Below, piece after piece: positions 48,880 through 60,042 of a stretch of DNA of 64,000 bases. Numbering within the stretch: position 1 is the first letter of the stretch; every line of letters begins with the position of its first letter. The stretch lies in the NCBI GenBank assembly GCA_965263355.1, contig CBDHHL010000032.1, forward strand, positions 3,168,001-3,232,000. Reading direction: 5' to 3'. The notes under the pieces are model-generated. The model worked only from the letters and a program-made list of their open reading frames with translations. It was not told the origin of the DNA and searched no databases. The position numbers and the translations under genes were made by a program. Source of the stretch: Leptolyngbyaceae cyanobacterium. Its GTDB lineage: Bacteria > Cyanobacteriota > Cyanobacteriia > Phormidesmidales > Phormidesmidaceae.

Positions 48880-49716
48880 CTATGCCGCCTGTTGATGCAC
48901 AGTAAAGTGTTGTGCAGGGGCAGGGAAACCAGCTTGACCAAAGCTCTCACGAATAACTTTGTTGGTATCAAAGTATACCTGCCAGTAGTCGTTGTTGTTG
49001 CAGTAGGGACGTACTGCTAACACAGGCCCCATGGGTGTGAATTCTAAAATCTCTACATCCGGTGCAGGGTCTGTAGAAACATTAGGAATCTCTGCTAAGC
49101 GATCCTTGAGAAGTGAGATTGCTTGGTTTGGATCAACTGTGTTGTCTAGCTGGGCAACCAGGTCAACCCGACGGTAAGGATTGGCCGAAAAGTTTTGGAT
49201 AGTGTCCGAAAAAATGGTGTTGTTGCCGACAAAGGTTTTCACATTGTCCATGGTGTTGATAGTGGTAACAAACAGCCCAATCTCTTCAACAGTTCCAGTA
49301 ATGCCACCAGCTGTAATAAAGTCGCCCACTTTGAAAGGTCGCAAGACTACTAGGAAAGCCCCGGCTGCAAAGTGAGCTAACAAGCCACTCCAGGCTGCCC
49401 CGATGGCAATACCACCTGCTGCTAGGATTGCTGCGAAAGAGGTGGTTTCAACGCCAAAGAAACCTAAAATAGCGACAACTAAGATGATGTTCAGTAAAAC
49501 ACCAAGAGTGGACTTGAGGTAAACGATTAATGTGGGTTCAATCGTGGACTTCTTGAGGCTATTACTTACAAGGCCAATGGCAAACTTGATCAACCATCGT
49601 CCAACAACCCAAAGAATAATTGCCCCAATGATCTTGAGACCCACATCGGCCAGAGTACTCCCGGCACTCTCGAGAATGCCCGACCACGGTCCTGCTTGCA
49701 AAAGAATTGGATTCAT
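48880..49716 (-). CDS. mscS: Small-conductance mechanosensitive channel
   Basis: AAILAAGG.AIG.A, RPFKVGD, G.VEEIGLF.T. Confidence 0.9.
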   Translation of the reverse strand: MNPILLQAGPWSGILESAGSTLADVGLKIIGAIILWVVGRWLIKFAIGLVSNSLKKSTIEPTLIVYLKSTLGVLLNIILVVAILGFFGVETTSFAAILAAGGIAIGAAWSGLLAHFAAGAFLVVLRPFKVGDFITAGGITGTVEEIGLFVTTINTMDNVKTFVGNNTIFSDTIQNFSANPYRRVDLVAQLDNTVDPNQAISLLKDRLAEIPNVSTDPAPDVEILEFTPMGPVLAVRPYCNNNDYWQVYFDTNKVIRESFGQAGFPAPAQHFTVHQQAA

Positions 49717-49878
49717 TGTGATTCTATCTAGCCATCAACTTGTTTCAGTGCGTAATTATAATATTGGTTGGTAGAAAGCCAGCTCTTCCGCTAAAACACT
49801 TAAGCTTCTAGCGCATATTGTCGTTTCAGTTGCTTACGCTGAGGCAATATTGTCAATTTACTGCCAGCCATACCGGCT

Positions 49879-50256
49879 ATGTGCTCTGTGAAACATTCGT
49901 CATCATCAAACGCCCTATTACGGCTACGCCTGTATCTAAATTTAGTACCTGTATTTGGAGTGCCGGCTTCTCTATGGACGCTTTACGGGACTAATAGACA
50001 ACCCGAACCAACGTTGAAACAGGTCAGTCGTTTAGCAGTTGTTTTAGGCATGGGATGGCTGTTGGCGACTGTCTTACTCAGTGCTGGTGCCCACAGCGAA
50101 TTTTCTCAAGCCGCCACTCTCCGACTTTGGCTGGTCAACGGGTTTGTCGGTACCGGATATTTTGTAGCAAATTTATGGCTGATGCTGCGGGTGTCCAGAG
50201 GTAAGACTATTAAGTTGCCGGGGCTCACTACGTTGAGTCGACGTCTGCCAGACTAG
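49879..50256 (+). CDS. Hypothetical membrane protein
   Basis: Hydrophobic helices; LVPV.G....LWTL and LPG....SRRLP. Confidence 0.6.
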   Translation: MCSVKHSSSSNALLRLRLYLNLVPVFGVPASLWTLYGTNRQPEPTLKQVSRLAVVLGMGWLLATVLLSAGAHSEFSQAATLRLWLVNGFVGTGYFVANLWLMLRVSRGKTIKLPGLTTLSRRLPD

Positions 50257-50560
50257 TGTTGCGTTTTAATAAGATCCATCTTTTTAGAAAAATATTGCTA
50301 CCATGCTGCTAAAAAATAGACGGCGTTTCTGCGCGATCTTGATTTTTCCTTGCGTTGAGCAATGATAGCTATGCTCAGTCCTTGCGCATATTTAGAACTG
50401 TAGTTTTTCTGCAGCAGCGGTGACCGGTTTTAGCTTGGGCATGGTTTAATTATCCAATCGTAGCTGTGCCGATAATGCTTGCCCTGGCAGCTACAGTTCA
50501 GCTTTTTTACTTATCCAGTTCTATCTAGTTCCAATTACTATCCAGGCTTGAGGTCATTCC

Positions 50561-51970
50561 GTGTCCATTCCACACCGTAAAAATCAACCCGCTCGGCAGC
50601 CCATAAAGAAGAAGAGGGGAGTGGCTAAACATCGCCGTGGTTGGCTGGGCATCCCAAAATGGGCCTGGATCACGTTATCACTGGCTAGTGTGGCGACTAT
50701 TTCAGCAGGCACAGGGGCGTTGCTGGCTGTTTCGATGCATAGTAAGCCGTTATTACAGAGCCAACTTTCCCCTGAAGAGGCCGCTGTTTTTAGTGAAGGT
50801 GAGCCTATTCTCTCCTCCAGCAGCCTGCGCTTACCTCGGTTGACTCGACCGGTCAATATTCTAGTACTTGGGGTTAAGGTATTAACCTCCGATCTGGATA
50901 AACCCATTGAGGGTATGGAAGATCTTGGCTATCACGCTCTAGTCAATTCTTTTGAAGGGTTGTCTGATACCATGCTCCTGCTGCGCTTTAACCCTCGCAC
51001 GGGTCAGCTAGTGGTAATGTCTGTTCCTCGCGATACACGGGCATTAGTTAATGGAGTATTGACTAAAATTAATGAAGCCAATTTAGACGGGGGGCCTGCA
51101 CTCACAGCAGAGTCCTTGAGCGATTTGCTGGGTGGTGTGGCGATTGACCGCTATGTTCGCATTAATGTTCAAGGGGTGGAAAAGCTGATTGATGCCCTAG
51201 GTGGCGTGACGGTTAACGTGCCACAGGATATGAAGTATCAAGATGATAGTCAGCATTTATATATCAATCTTAAGGCCGGTCGTCAGACTCTAGATGGTGA
51301 TCAGGCGCTTCAGTTTCTGCGGTTTCGTTATGACGAAAATGGCGATATTGGCCGAGTGCAACGGCAGCAGACAATGATGCGAGCGGTGATTGAACAGACG
51401 CTTAATCCTACAACGATTGCGCGATTACCCAAAATTTTGTCAGTCATTCAGTCCCACGTAGATACTAATTTGTCTGTCGAAGAATTGGTCGCTTTAGTGG
51501 GGTACGGGGCTCAGACTAGCCGCTCAGATGTGCAGATGTTGATGCTTCCCGGCAACTTCAGTAACCCGTCAGAATATAGTCGCAGTTTCTGGCTGCCAAA
51601 CTATGCTGGGATCGACGAGATGGTAGAGCAATACTTTGGCTTGGAGGCTGCTCAGGTGATGGAGGCTGCAAGTCCTTCATACCTGCGTGTAGTAATTCAA
51701 GATAGTACAGGTGATGACCTTGCTATCCAGTCTTTGATGGACAGTCTGTATGATAGCGGTTACCGTAATGTTAGCCTTGGTTATGACTTAAATGAGGCGC
51801 TGCCGGAAACTCGGATTGTTGCCCAACGGGGAGATCGTGCTAGTGCGTTAATGTTACAGCGGTTCTTACGCGTTGGTGAGGTTCGCGTAGAAAGTACAGG
51901 CAACCTTGAATCAGATATTACAATTCAGTTAGGTGAAGATTGGCTAGGGGAACATGGAGCTGCCCTTTAA
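50561..51970 (+). CDS. LCP (LytR-CpsA-Psr) family protein with LytR_C domain
   Basis: SDTMLL.R, S.PRDT, KIN.A, RFR....GDIGRVQRQQ, DITI.LG.DW. Confidence 0.93.
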   Translation: MSIPHRKNQPARQPIKKKRGVAKHRRGWLGIPKWAWITLSLASVATISAGTGALLAVSMHSKPLLQSQLSPEEAAVFSEGEPILSSSSLRLPRLTRPVNILVLGVKVLTSDLDKPIEGMEDLGYHALVNSFEGLSDTMLLLRFNPRTGQLVVMSVPRDTRALVNGVLTKINEANLDGGPALTAESLSDLLGGVAIDRYVRINVQGVEKLIDALGGVTVNVPQDMKYQDDSQHLYINLKAGRQTLDGDQALQFLRFRYDENGDIGRVQRQQTMMRAVIEQTLNPTTIARLPKILSVIQSHVDTNLSVEELVALVGYGAQTSRSDVQMLMLPGNFSNPSEYSRSFWLPNYAGIDEMVEQYFGLEAAQVMEAASPSYLRVVIQDSTGDDLAIQSLMDSLYDSGYRNVSLGYDLNEALPETRIVAQRGDRASALMLQRFLRVGEVRVESTGNLESDITIQLGEDWLGEHGAAL

Positions 51971-52494
51971 TGGCCAATGATCGTATTTATCAATTGAAGA
52001 TCACCTTAACTGACAGTGACCCCCAGATCTGGCGGCGGTTGTTGGTGAGTGCCAATACAAACTTAGAAGAGCTGCATCGGATTGTGCAGATTGCCATGGG
52101 TTGGCAAAATCTATCAAGTTATCACTATCGTATTGGCAAGCAGCGGTCTGATACGGAGCCTTGTCTGCTGCAAATGCCCTTGAATGAAATTGTACGTGAT
52201 GATTTGGTGCGATTTAGCTATGTGTATGATCTGCGCGATGGCTGGTTTCACACCATCGAGGTAGAAATGGTGCTACCTGCCGATCCTCAAGGGCACTATC
52301 CCCACTGTGTTACTGGGGAATTGCGCTGTCCGCCTGAGGGATGTGGCGGCATCTGGGGGTATAACGAACTCTTGGAAATCCTAAACGACCCTGACGATCC
52401 GCAATATATGGCCCGATGGGATGAAGTGGGTAATGACTTTGATCCCGATTATTTTGATTTGAGTTTGGTTAATATGCAGCTACACGCCGGTTAG
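51970..52494 (+). CDS. Plasmid pRiA4b ORF3-like protein
   Basis: YQLKI.L....P.IWRR, LH..VQ.AMGW, Y.YD..D.W.H, CPPE.CGG..GY; TAATG overlap with the LCP stop. Confidence 0.85.
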   Translation: MANDRIYQLKITLTDSDPQIWRRLLVSANTNLEELHRIVQIAMGWQNLSSYHYRIGKQRSDTEPCLLQMPLNEIVRDDLVRFSYVYDLRDGWFHTIEVEMVLPADPQGHYPHCVTGELRCPPEGCGGIWGYNELLEILNDPDDPQYMARWDEVGNDFDPDYFDLSLVNMQLHAG

Positions 52495-52505
52495 GGTGAG
52501 GCTAA

Positions 52506-52916
52506 TTATTTCCCTGAGTCAGAAATTTGCTTAAAGTCTTGAGCCGCTTGCTGCCAACCACGACGAATCTGTGGCCCTTGGTAGTGAATAAACCATTGGG
52601 CGCGGATAGCCAATAGCGCCATTTCCATTGGCAAGGTGAACTCGATTAGCCCTTTGCGTCGGAGGGTCCCTACGTAGGTGTCAAACTGCTGTTTTAACTC
52701 ATTTAACTCAGTCAAATACCAGTCAAGGCTGGCATGGCGCAGTGAAGCAGATTTTTTGATTCGCTCTAGCTCTGTTCTAAATGTACTCAGCGAGGCCATA
52801 AATATCTGATCCCGCATCTTATCTTGCAGCATATGCTGACTAAAAAGATGCTGGGTGCTTAAGGCTTGATAGTTCTTATCGGCGATGTGTTGAGAACGCT
52901 TAGAGATGTGCCGCAT
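52506..52916 (-). CDS. Hypothetical protein
   Basis: 136-aa ORF in series with the NUDIX gene and sir. Confidence 0.55.
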   Translation of the reverse strand: MRHISKRSQHIADKNYQALSTQHLFSQHMLQDKMRDQIFMASLSTFRTELERIKKSASLRHASLDWYLTELNELKQQFDTYVGTLRRKGLIEFTLPMEMALLAIRAQWFIHYQGPQIRRGWQQAAQDFKQISDSGK

Positions 52917-52964
52917 ACCTATGTATATGAGTGATGAATAAGTGATGAGGACGATGGTGAGAAA

Positions 52965-53513
52965 TTACGATGCTGGCCAAATGTTAGCAAATTCGTTGCT
53001 AAGACATCGCCGTAGAATATCTTGGTGATTAAACGCTAATTCCATCTCCAAGGCTTTATCTAAGGTAAACCAGCCGACATCAGTCACCTCACCTGTACTG
53101 ACTTGGGGGGTCAATTTAGGTAGCTCTGCACCCTGACTGAGGAATACCATCAGCGGATAGTGCATAGTGACGTTCTGAGAGCGACGGGGTTCACTAAAAA
53201 CTAAGCTGGGTTGGTCAAGGGAACCTTCTAGACGGTGCTTGGCCTGGATTTCTGTTAAATCCAGGCCAAGCTCTTCCCACACTTCACGCACAACGGCACC
53301 ACCAATGGTTTCGTCATAGTCCAGATAGCCGCCAGCTAAACACCACTTGCCTACCTCAGACGGTAAGTCGGGACCGCGTTTATTTAAGGGGACGTAGGCT
53401 TTACCGTTGTAAATGACGACCAAAATGGCCAAAACGGTAACACTACGGCTGATCCAAAGCTCCTCACCGTCGACGATGACACAACGATTTGGAGTACTGG
53501 TGAACTTAGCCAT
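52965..53513 (-). CDS. NUDIX hydrolase
   Basis: GGYLDYDET...AVVREVWEELG Nudix box; LAFNH. Confidence 0.9.
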   Translation of the reverse strand: MAKFTSTPNRCVIVDGEELWISRSVTVLAILVVIYNGKAYVPLNKRGPDLPSEVGKWCLAGGYLDYDETIGGAVVREVWEELGLDLTEIQAKHRLEGSLDQPSLVFSEPRRSQNVTMHYPLMVFLSQGAELPKLTPQVSTGEVTDVGWFTLDKALEMELAFNHQDILRRCLSNEFANIWPAS

Positions 53514-53534
53514 GGATTAACCCGAACAAAGGGC

Positions 53535-55490
53535 TTAGGTGCTCTGGTTGTTAAGATACGCTGCGATCGCATCTTCTGCAATCTGGGCCATGCTTACGCC
53601 CTTAGCGGTTGCAGTTTCCTTAAGCTGTAGATAGACATCGCCAGAGATACCCACACGGTGCTTGCGACGGCCTGATGCTTTCTTGTTTGCAGGCACATAG
53701 GATTCAGAGAAATTGTGGAGGGCATCGAAGCCGATGCGATCACAAAAATCACCAAAGCTTTCACTTGACTGACGACCTTTCTTAAAGAAGGCAAACATTG
53801 GCTCTAGGGTAGTTTCTAGCTCGTCAATGTTCATTTTTTGCATATAGGGCTGAGCCAGCCGCGTCTGATTGGGGGAGCCTCCTAGCCATAGTTGGTAAGC
53901 ATTGGGGCCACTACCGACAAAACCCAACTCAGCCATGTAAGGACGTGCGCAGCCATTAGGGCAACCGGTCATGCGAATCACAAAGTGCTCTTTTTTTAGC
54001 CCCAATTTGTTAAGTAATGATTGAATTCGTTCTAACACCGTGGGTATGGCTCGTTCTGACTCAGTCACAGCCAAACCACAGGTAGGTAGCGCTGGGCAAG
54101 CCATCGCATAGCGGTGGAGCAGATTGATTTGATCGTCTGCATCAATGCCATTGCTACGCAGGATGTGATCGATTTCAGCTTGATCGGCTGGGTCAATCTC
54201 GGTCAGTAGCAAACTCTGGTTGCCTGTTAGACGTATAGGAAGACGATAGCGCAGCTCAATTTCCTTCAGTGCCGACTTGATTTTGAAGGCACCATTGTCA
54301 TAAATACGTCCGTTTTCAATGTGAATACCGAGGAAAAGCTTGCCATCCCCCTGTTCGTGCCAACCTAAGTAGTCGTAGAACTTCCACTCAGGCAGGGGCT
54401 TAAAAGGTTGAATACTCTTACCAAAGTACTCCTCAACTTGGGCACGGAACTTCTCCACGCCCCAGTCATTGATCAGGTACTTCATACGGGCGTGACGACG
54501 CTGTACCCGATCACCATAGTCACGCTGGGTGGCCACAATGGCCTTCATCAGGTCATAAATATCGTCTTTATCGACATAGCCAATCTCATCAGCAATGCGG
54601 GCAAAGGTTTCTTCCTTGTTGTGGGTACGGCCCATGCCACCGCCAGCAAGGACATTAAAGCCCAATAACTCTTTATTCTCATCGACAATCACCACCAGAG
54701 TAACGTCCTGAGTGTAGGCATCAATGGAGTTATCACCTGGCACAGTCACTGAGCACTTAAATTTACGTGGCATGTAGTGGGTGCCATAGATGGGCTCAAC
54801 GCTGTCATTGAAAACAGTGCCACTGTCATTGCGTTGACGAGCGGCAACTACATCTGGGTGTTCTTCTGCGGTAACCGCCTTTTCACCATCTAGCCAAATC
54901 TCGTAATAGGCAGAGGTTTGAGGTGTGAGTAAATCAGCAATCCGATTGGCATAATCTCGGGCATAGACATACTCAGGCTTGTCCTTGAAGGGCGCAGGAA
55001 CTGCCATTACATTGCGGTTGAGATCGCCACAGGCTCCCAGGGTAGACCCCATGCTACGAATGATCGACGCCATGGTTGCCTTGAGATTTTTCTTCAAGAT
55101 GCCATGGAGCTGAAACGCTTGACGGGTAGTGGCTCGAATATTGCCATAACCGTACTTATCAGATAGCTCATCCAGCGTTAAATACAGCTCTGGTGATACC
55201 AGCCCCCCTGGATTGCGGGTTCGCAGCATCATACGATAATCCTTTTCCTGACCTTTAACCCGGTTATCCCGATTGTCCTGTTGATAGGACCCATGGAATT
55301 TAAGAATTTGGATGCCATCTTCACTAAAGTGGGTGGTATCTTGGGCTAGCTCAGTAGCAACGGGCTCGCGAAGAAACTGACTCCGCTCTTTAATGCCTTC
55401 CAGCCTTGACACTTTCTTCACAGAATTCTGAACAACAGGACCCGCAGCCTGAGCTACTTGCTTACTAGGAGAAATCGGAGTTTGAACCAT
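53535..55490 (-). CDS. sir: Ferredoxin-dependent sulfite reductase
   Basis: [32 protein letters not shown]; start at ATG 55490. Confidence 0.95.
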   Translation of the reverse strand: MVQTPISPSKQVAQAAGPVVQNSVKKVSRLEGIKERSQFLREPVATELAQDTTHFSEDGIQILKFHGSYQQDNRDNRVKGQEKDYRMMLRTRNPGGLVSPELYLTLDELSDKYGYGNIRATTRQAFQLHGILKKNLKATMASIIRSMGSTLGACGDLNRNVMAVPAPFKDKPEYVYARDYANRIADLLTPQTSAYYEIWLDGEKAVTAEEHPDVVAARQRNDSGTVFNDSVEPIYGTHYMPRKFKCSVTVPGDNSIDAYTQDVTLVVIVDENKELLGFNVLAGGGMGRTHNKEETFARIADEIGYVDKDDIYDLMKAIVATQRDYGDRVQRRHARMKYLINDWGVEKFRAQVEEYFGKSIQPFKPLPEWKFYDYLGWHEQGDGKLFLGIHIENGRIYDNGAFKIKSALKEIELRYRLPIRLTGNQSLLLTEIDPADQAEIDHILRSNGIDADDQINLLHRYAMACPALPTCGLAVTESERAIPTVLERIQSLLNKLGLKKEHFVIRMTGCPNGCARPYMAELGFVGSGPNAYQLWLGGSPNQTRLAQPYMQKMNIDELETTLEPMFAFFKKGRQSSESFGDFCDRIGFDALHNFSESYVPANKKASGRRKHRVGISGDVYLQLKETATAKGVSMAQIAEDAIAAYLNNQST

Positions 55491-55875
55491 GATGTAGCGG
55501 TCGATAGCAGAACAATAAAAGGTGAATCCGAAAAGCATGCAAGCATTGGCAAAAAATGCTCAAGCCTGGTATGGGCGCTTCGGTCAGTGGACTGGGGGTC
55601 GGGAGACTAGCAAGGCTAAATTTTAATTGGGTCGCTAGCTAATGTTGGAATTACCAAGTAAATCGTTAGACTTTATTGCCCGGTAATCCGCTCGGGATAG
55701 TGGGGTATATCTAATGGTATCATTGCTAACCATTTTGTCTATGGGTAGCTTCGTAGTAAATGTTAGCTAACGCTGAAAATTAGCCTTGGACTTGAGATTG
55801 CAATACCCCCATCTCAACTAAGCCTTTAGGATTGAGCCAGGGTGTTGTCTAAATCAAATTTCTGGAGGTTTAGGG

Positions 55876-56133
55876 ATGGCAGATGCCATGATGTACAGCG
55901 AAGATATGTTTGTGTTACTAATGCCAGGCAGCGATGAGATCTTTGTGGAGCCCGATGAGCTGCTGGAAAAGCTAAGGGTTATGTTAGAGCACTATCCTGG
56001 TGTGCTTCCCAGAGACTTACAAAAGTTTGACTTAGTCGACCAGCAGGCCCAGCATCTACGGGATACCGCTTGTGAGTTTGAGGTGACCCCAGGCGTTTCA
56101 TGGCAATGGTATGCCGTACGATTGGAAAAGTAG
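55876..56133 (+). CDS. Chlororespiratory reduction protein 7 (CRR7) family
   Basis: M.D..MY.ED.FV.L, LP.DL.KF, QWYAVRLEK. Confidence 0.85.
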   Translation: MADAMMYSEDMFVLLMPGSDEIFVEPDELLEKLRVMLEHYPGVLPRDLQKFDLVDQQAQHLRDTACEFEVTPGVSWQWYAVRLEK

Positions 56134-56230
56134 TAGCATTGCCTGCAATGCCCATCAGGCTGCCTTTTTTTTTAGAACTATGTAGAATAAAGAGCAAATA
56201 GTGCTGTTGTTCGGAGCGATTAGCTGACCT

Positions 56231-57109
56231 GTGGATGAACTCAGGACAGGGTTAGAGTTGGCAACCCATGACGAACTGGCCGCCTTAGCCGAAGTACTCT
56301 TTCGACCAAAGTTTAATCCTCTAGATTATTGGTGCATTCCTTCACCTCAGGTAGTGCAGGCCTGCGATCGCATCCATTGTATAAAGCAGATAGATGCTCG
56401 ACTGCGCTATTTGGCCGCTGATGGGCTGACGGTGCTGCGGCAAGATACTCAGCAGCTCAGCTATCGCCAGATCTTATTGCAGCTGGGTCGACAGCTTAAG
56501 CTCCAGCTATCAACGCGGCTTTCCACCCTCGATTTAGAGGCTGAAATTTTTTTGCAATTGCTGGAAAAAACCTGGTATCGGCTGACTCCACGTCAGCAAC
56601 GCCAGTTACAGAGACGGTTGACCAGTGAACTGGCCCAAATGGAAGAAGTCCAAGACGAATTCCAACGGCTATCCCCTCAGGTCAGACAAAATCCCATGGC
56701 CCTGGTGCTTAAGGGGGGCAGTGCAGTTGCGGTTAATTCAGTCATTCGCCCCTGGCTGCTCCAGCAGATCGCAAAGCAATTTGCCCTACAGTTTGCTCGC
56801 TATCAGGTGGCTCAACAAACCTTACGTGGGGCTACCGCGTTGGGCAATCAAGTTCAAGGTAGGGCGGTTATGCATCTAGCTTCTCGTGGCATGGCTATTA
56901 ATGCCGCCCGTTATGGTGCTGTGCGGAGTGTCTTTGCTTGTCTTGGTCCGGCCCTATGGGCTTGGTTTGTAGTTGATTTGGGTTGGCGGGCGATTGCATC
57001 GAACTACACCCGAGTGCTTCCTGTTGTATTTACCTTGGCTCAGATTCGATTGATCCGTGATCCGGGTAATGAGCGATCACGGGAAGCAACGTTAGAAGCG
57101 GCAGCATAA
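56231..57109 (+). CDS. YaaW/UPF0174-like protein
   Basis: KFNPLDY, R.LAADG.TVL, DLGWRAIA.NY.R. Confidence 0.75.
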   Translation: MDELRTGLELATHDELAALAEVLFRPKFNPLDYWCIPSPQVVQACDRIHCIKQIDARLRYLAADGLTVLRQDTQQLSYRQILLQLGRQLKLQLSTRLSTLDLEAEIFLQLLEKTWYRLTPRQQRQLQRRLTSELAQMEEVQDEFQRLSPQVRQNPMALVLKGGSAVAVNSVIRPWLLQQIAKQFALQFARYQVAQQTLRGATALGNQVQGRAVMHLASRGMAINAARYGAVRSVFACLGPALWAWFVVDLGWRAIASNYTRVLPVVFTLAQIRLIRDPGNERSREATLEAAA

Positions 57110-57127
57110 TCTGGCACCTGAATAAAC

Positions 57128-57592
57128 ATGACAAACAGTGTCTCTGACGACAGTCCCAAAAATCACTATGAACTCCTGGGGGTGAAGCCGACGGCTTCTG
57201 CCCAGGAGATTCGGCGTGCCTATCGCGAATTAAGCAAACTCTATCATCCTGATACGACTGAATTGTCGAGTGCGATCGCAACCCAGAAGTTTCAGGCACT
57301 GAATGAAGCCTATGGCATTTTGAGTAATCCAGAGCAGCGGCTTAGCTACGATCATAAAATTGGCTATTCCCGTTTTTATGTCAGCCAATCCCCTCAAGAC
57401 GTGGATAATGGCTCTGGCAAGGTATCCTTTGAATCTCGCTATACCTATTTAGACCCCACCGATCGACCCCTATCTGCCGGAGAAATCTTTGCCCTATTTA
57501 TATTGGGGATCACATTTGCCGCCTGCCTAGCACTAGTATTGATTTTAGGGATTGCCGATAGTGACTTTACCCTATCTGCTCTGAAGTCCTAA
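57128..57592 (+). CDS. DnaJ-domain protein with a C-terminal TM helix
   Basis: HY.LLGV, YHPD, R..YD; RPLSAGEIFAL. Confidence 0.9.
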   Translation: MTNSVSDDSPKNHYELLGVKPTASAQEIRRAYRELSKLYHPDTTELSSAIATQKFQALNEAYGILSNPEQRLSYDHKIGYSRFYVSQSPQDVDNGSGKVSFESRYTYLDPTDRPLSAGEIFALFILGITFAACLALVLILGIADSDFTLSALKS

Positions 57593-57625
57593 GCTAATAA
57601 TCTCAAAATTACATAGTCATATCCC

Positions 57626-57898
57626 ATGGTTCTTCCCTCTGCTGATACCCCTCTGTACAATCATACGCTGCCTGATATTGAGCTATGGCTGACCCAGCAG
57701 GGGTGTAAGCAGAATATCTCTGAACTCAACCGTTGGGAAATTTCTAAAGCAGCCTGGCGGGCAGACTTAGTCCTTGAAACAGATTCCCTCGTTGTCCGGT
57801 ATATGGAGGCTGGTGATGGGAGCGAGGATATTCAACGTGGTTTTAAGTATTCTCTTAGCCGTCAAGACTTAGAGGATGCGATTTTTACCGGACCATAA
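57626..57898 (+). CDS. DUF3143-like cyanobacterial protein
   Basis: TPLYNH.LP.IE.WL and FKYSLSR.D.E.AIF.GP. Confidence 0.8.
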   Translation: MVLPSADTPLYNHTLPDIELWLTQQGCKQNISELNRWEISKAAWRADLVLETDSLVVRYMEAGDGSEDIQRGFKYSLSRQDLEDAIFTGP

Positions 57899-57975
57899 CG
57901 TTGTCACGAGAACTTTTTTTGGTTTTCGGGTTAGTGCAGACATAGCTTAGTTGCGTAACTCTTTGAAGATATTGG

Positions 57976-58389
57976 TTAGAAATATTGATCACATCGGTCT
58001 GATTTGCAGACACGATACGTTGATTCATAGGTGGATGGACGGCGGCCAAACAATCGATATCGATTATCTCTGATAAAGGCATAAAGCCTATCACCACTAC
58101 GCTTTAAACCTGGGAAGCTGCGATAGGCGGCAATAAATAGTGTGCCAACAGGTAGCAGTGCGCCAATTTCTTCAGCGGCATTACTTCCTTGCCATCGCCG
58201 CGTGGGATTAGTCTCATCAATCAGTAGCATACCCAACTCACAGTCAGTTGCTGTAACGTTAAATGTCTCTAGCATTTCAGTATCTTGCATCGAGACATAG
58301 CGAAATCGGGTTCCCTGATCAAGCCACTCTAACCACTGCACTAAAGTACTGCAGAGATTGCAGTCACCGTCGTAGATCACACAGTACAT
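57976..58389 (-). CDS. DCC1-like thiol-disulfide oxidoreductase
   Basis: YDGDCNLC, RDNRY.LFG; start at ATG 58389. Confidence 0.88.
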   Translation of the reverse strand: MYCVIYDGDCNLCSTLVQWLEWLDQGTRFRYVSMQDTEMLETFNVTATDCELGMLLIDETNPTRRWQGSNAAEEIGALLPVGTLFIAAYRSFPGLKRSGDRLYAFIRDNRYRLFGRRPSTYESTYRVCKSDRCDQYF

Positions 58390-58635
58390 AACATTTTGCG
58401 TAAAATTTTGATGTCTAAAAAAAGGATGCATCCCTAGCATTGAGTTCCGCAGAGGCTTGGCATAAAGCAAACACCCCATGAGCACCTTAATACTTACCCA
58501 TCACATATCCTTTCAAATTATGGAGTTAAGGGATTACAGGAACTCAAAATGTAGTCCGCTATACGTTAAGAAGGTTGTTAAAGGCACAAAATCACCGAAT
58601 AAAGCATGTTAGCTTAGGCACATTTTCTGATTTTT

Positions 58636-58654
58636 CTTAACCTGACCTTTACCT
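58636..58654 (+). promoter_or_regulatory. Pho box (SphR/PhoB site) upstream of pstS
   Basis: CTTAACCT-gac-CTTTACCT: 11-bp-period direct repeat resembling the cyanobacterial PyTTAAPyPy(T/A) consensus. Confidence 0.65.
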
Positions 58655-58721
58655 TGAGTCGCTAGTTTTCACCAAGAATGTCTCTAGACATTTTTGGTGA
58701 GGAGTTTAATTTTAAGCAATC

Positions 58722-59744
58722 ATGGAATTCAAAGCACGGAAAATGCGCTACGCATACTCAGCGACTCTGCTTGCTCTATTAACTAGCCTGGCTGCTTGCG
58801 GCGGTGGCACTACTGATACCGCTGGCGCTCCTGCTGACGGTGGTACTGAAGTTGCGTCTGGTGGCGTATCTGGTGACGTTTTAATTGATGGTTCTAGTAC
58901 TGTATTTCCCATTGCAGAAGCAATGAGTGAAGAATTCAGTATTGCTAACCCTGGTGTGAATGTAACCGTTGGTGTTTCTGGCTCCGGTGGCGGTTTTAAG
59001 AAGTTCTGCGCTGGTGAAACTGATGTTTCTAATGCGTCTCGTCCTATCAAGGATGAAGAGGTTGCAGCTTGTGAAGAAGCGGGTATTGAGTTTATCGAAG
59101 TACCCATTGCTTTTGACGGTCTAACAATTGTTACTAATCAAGGTAACGACTGGGCTCAGTGCTTGACTGTAGAACAGCTAAATACCATGTGGTCCCCTGA
59201 TTCTGAAGGTTCAGTTGCTAACTGGAATCAGGTTGACGCATCTTTTCCTGATCAGGCATTGGGTCTCTATGGTCCTGGTACTGACTCCGGTACATTCGAT
59301 TACTTCACTGACGAAGTTAATGGTGAAGAGGGTGCAAGTCGTGGTGACTACACTGCTAGCGAAGACGATAACGTTATCGTTAATGGTGTAACTGGCGATG
59401 AGGGTGCTTTAGGCTACTTTGGTTATGCTTACTTTGAAGAGAATTCTGGCTCTTTGAAGGCTGTTGAGATTCAAAACGAAGATGGTGATTGTGTGGCTCC
59501 TTCTACGGAGACCATCGCTGATGGTTCCTACAATCCCATGTCTCGTCCCTTGTTCTTCTACGTCAAGAAAGAAGCCTATGACACTAAGGAGCAAGTGAAG
59601 GCCTTTGTTGACTTCATGCTTGATCCTAAGAACGGTGAGTTGATTGGTGATGCTGGTTATGTAGCGTTACCTGATGATATCCTAGCCAACTCCAAGGCTC
59701 GTGTTGATGAAGTCAAGCTAGGTACTGATCCTACTAACCTTTAG
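58722..59744 (+). CDS. pstS: Phosphate ABC transporter substrate-binding lipoprotein
   Basis: Lipobox LAAC; DGSSTVFP, SGSGGG, DSGTFDYF, SRPLF.Y. Confidence 0.95.
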   Translation: MEFKARKMRYAYSATLLALLTSLAACGGGTTDTAGAPADGGTEVASGGVSGDVLIDGSSTVFPIAEAMSEEFSIANPGVNVTVGVSGSGGGFKKFCAGETDVSNASRPIKDEEVAACEEAGIEFIEVPIAFDGLTIVTNQGNDWAQCLTVEQLNTMWSPDSEGSVANWNQVDASFPDQALGLYGPGTDSGTFDYFTDEVNGEEGASRGDYTASEDDNVIVNGVTGDEGALGYFGYAYFEENSGSLKAVEIQNEDGDCVAPSTETIADGSYNPMSRPLFFYVKKEAYDTKEQVKAFVDFMLDPKNGELIGDAGYVALPDDILANSKARVDEVKLGTDPTNL

Positions 59745-59786
59745 GGTTTGACGCCCATCAGCATATCTGTCTGATTAGGTGCTTTC

Positions 59787-59823
59787 AGCTGGAGGGGGTG
59801 ACTGCCCTCTCCAGCTCTCTTTA
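59787..59823 (+). terminator. Stem-loop after pstS
   Basis: agctggagggg...ccctctccagct followed by a T-rich tail. Confidence 0.65.
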
Positions 59824-60042
59824 CTAAAAAGAAGTTCTGTTCTGCATTGCTCGATGCAGACTTCGAAGAGTTTTTGAGATAGTTTGTTTGTGCATCTAGG
59901 GCGTTTGCTTTCCGGAGGGAAAGACTAGTTAGCCGCTTAGATGCGTTTTATCATTGTCCACGTCCAAAACGGTTGTTTTGACCCATGGCGATGCAGGTGC
60001 CTGGACGTGGTTTAGCCCCAACCCGCGCTGAGGACTTTGTGC

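Noticed and set aside
51970..52494. pRiA4b ORF3-like gene as evidence of an integrated plasmid
   Set aside because: Translationally coupled to the LCP gene; no replication, transfer or integrase genes nearby
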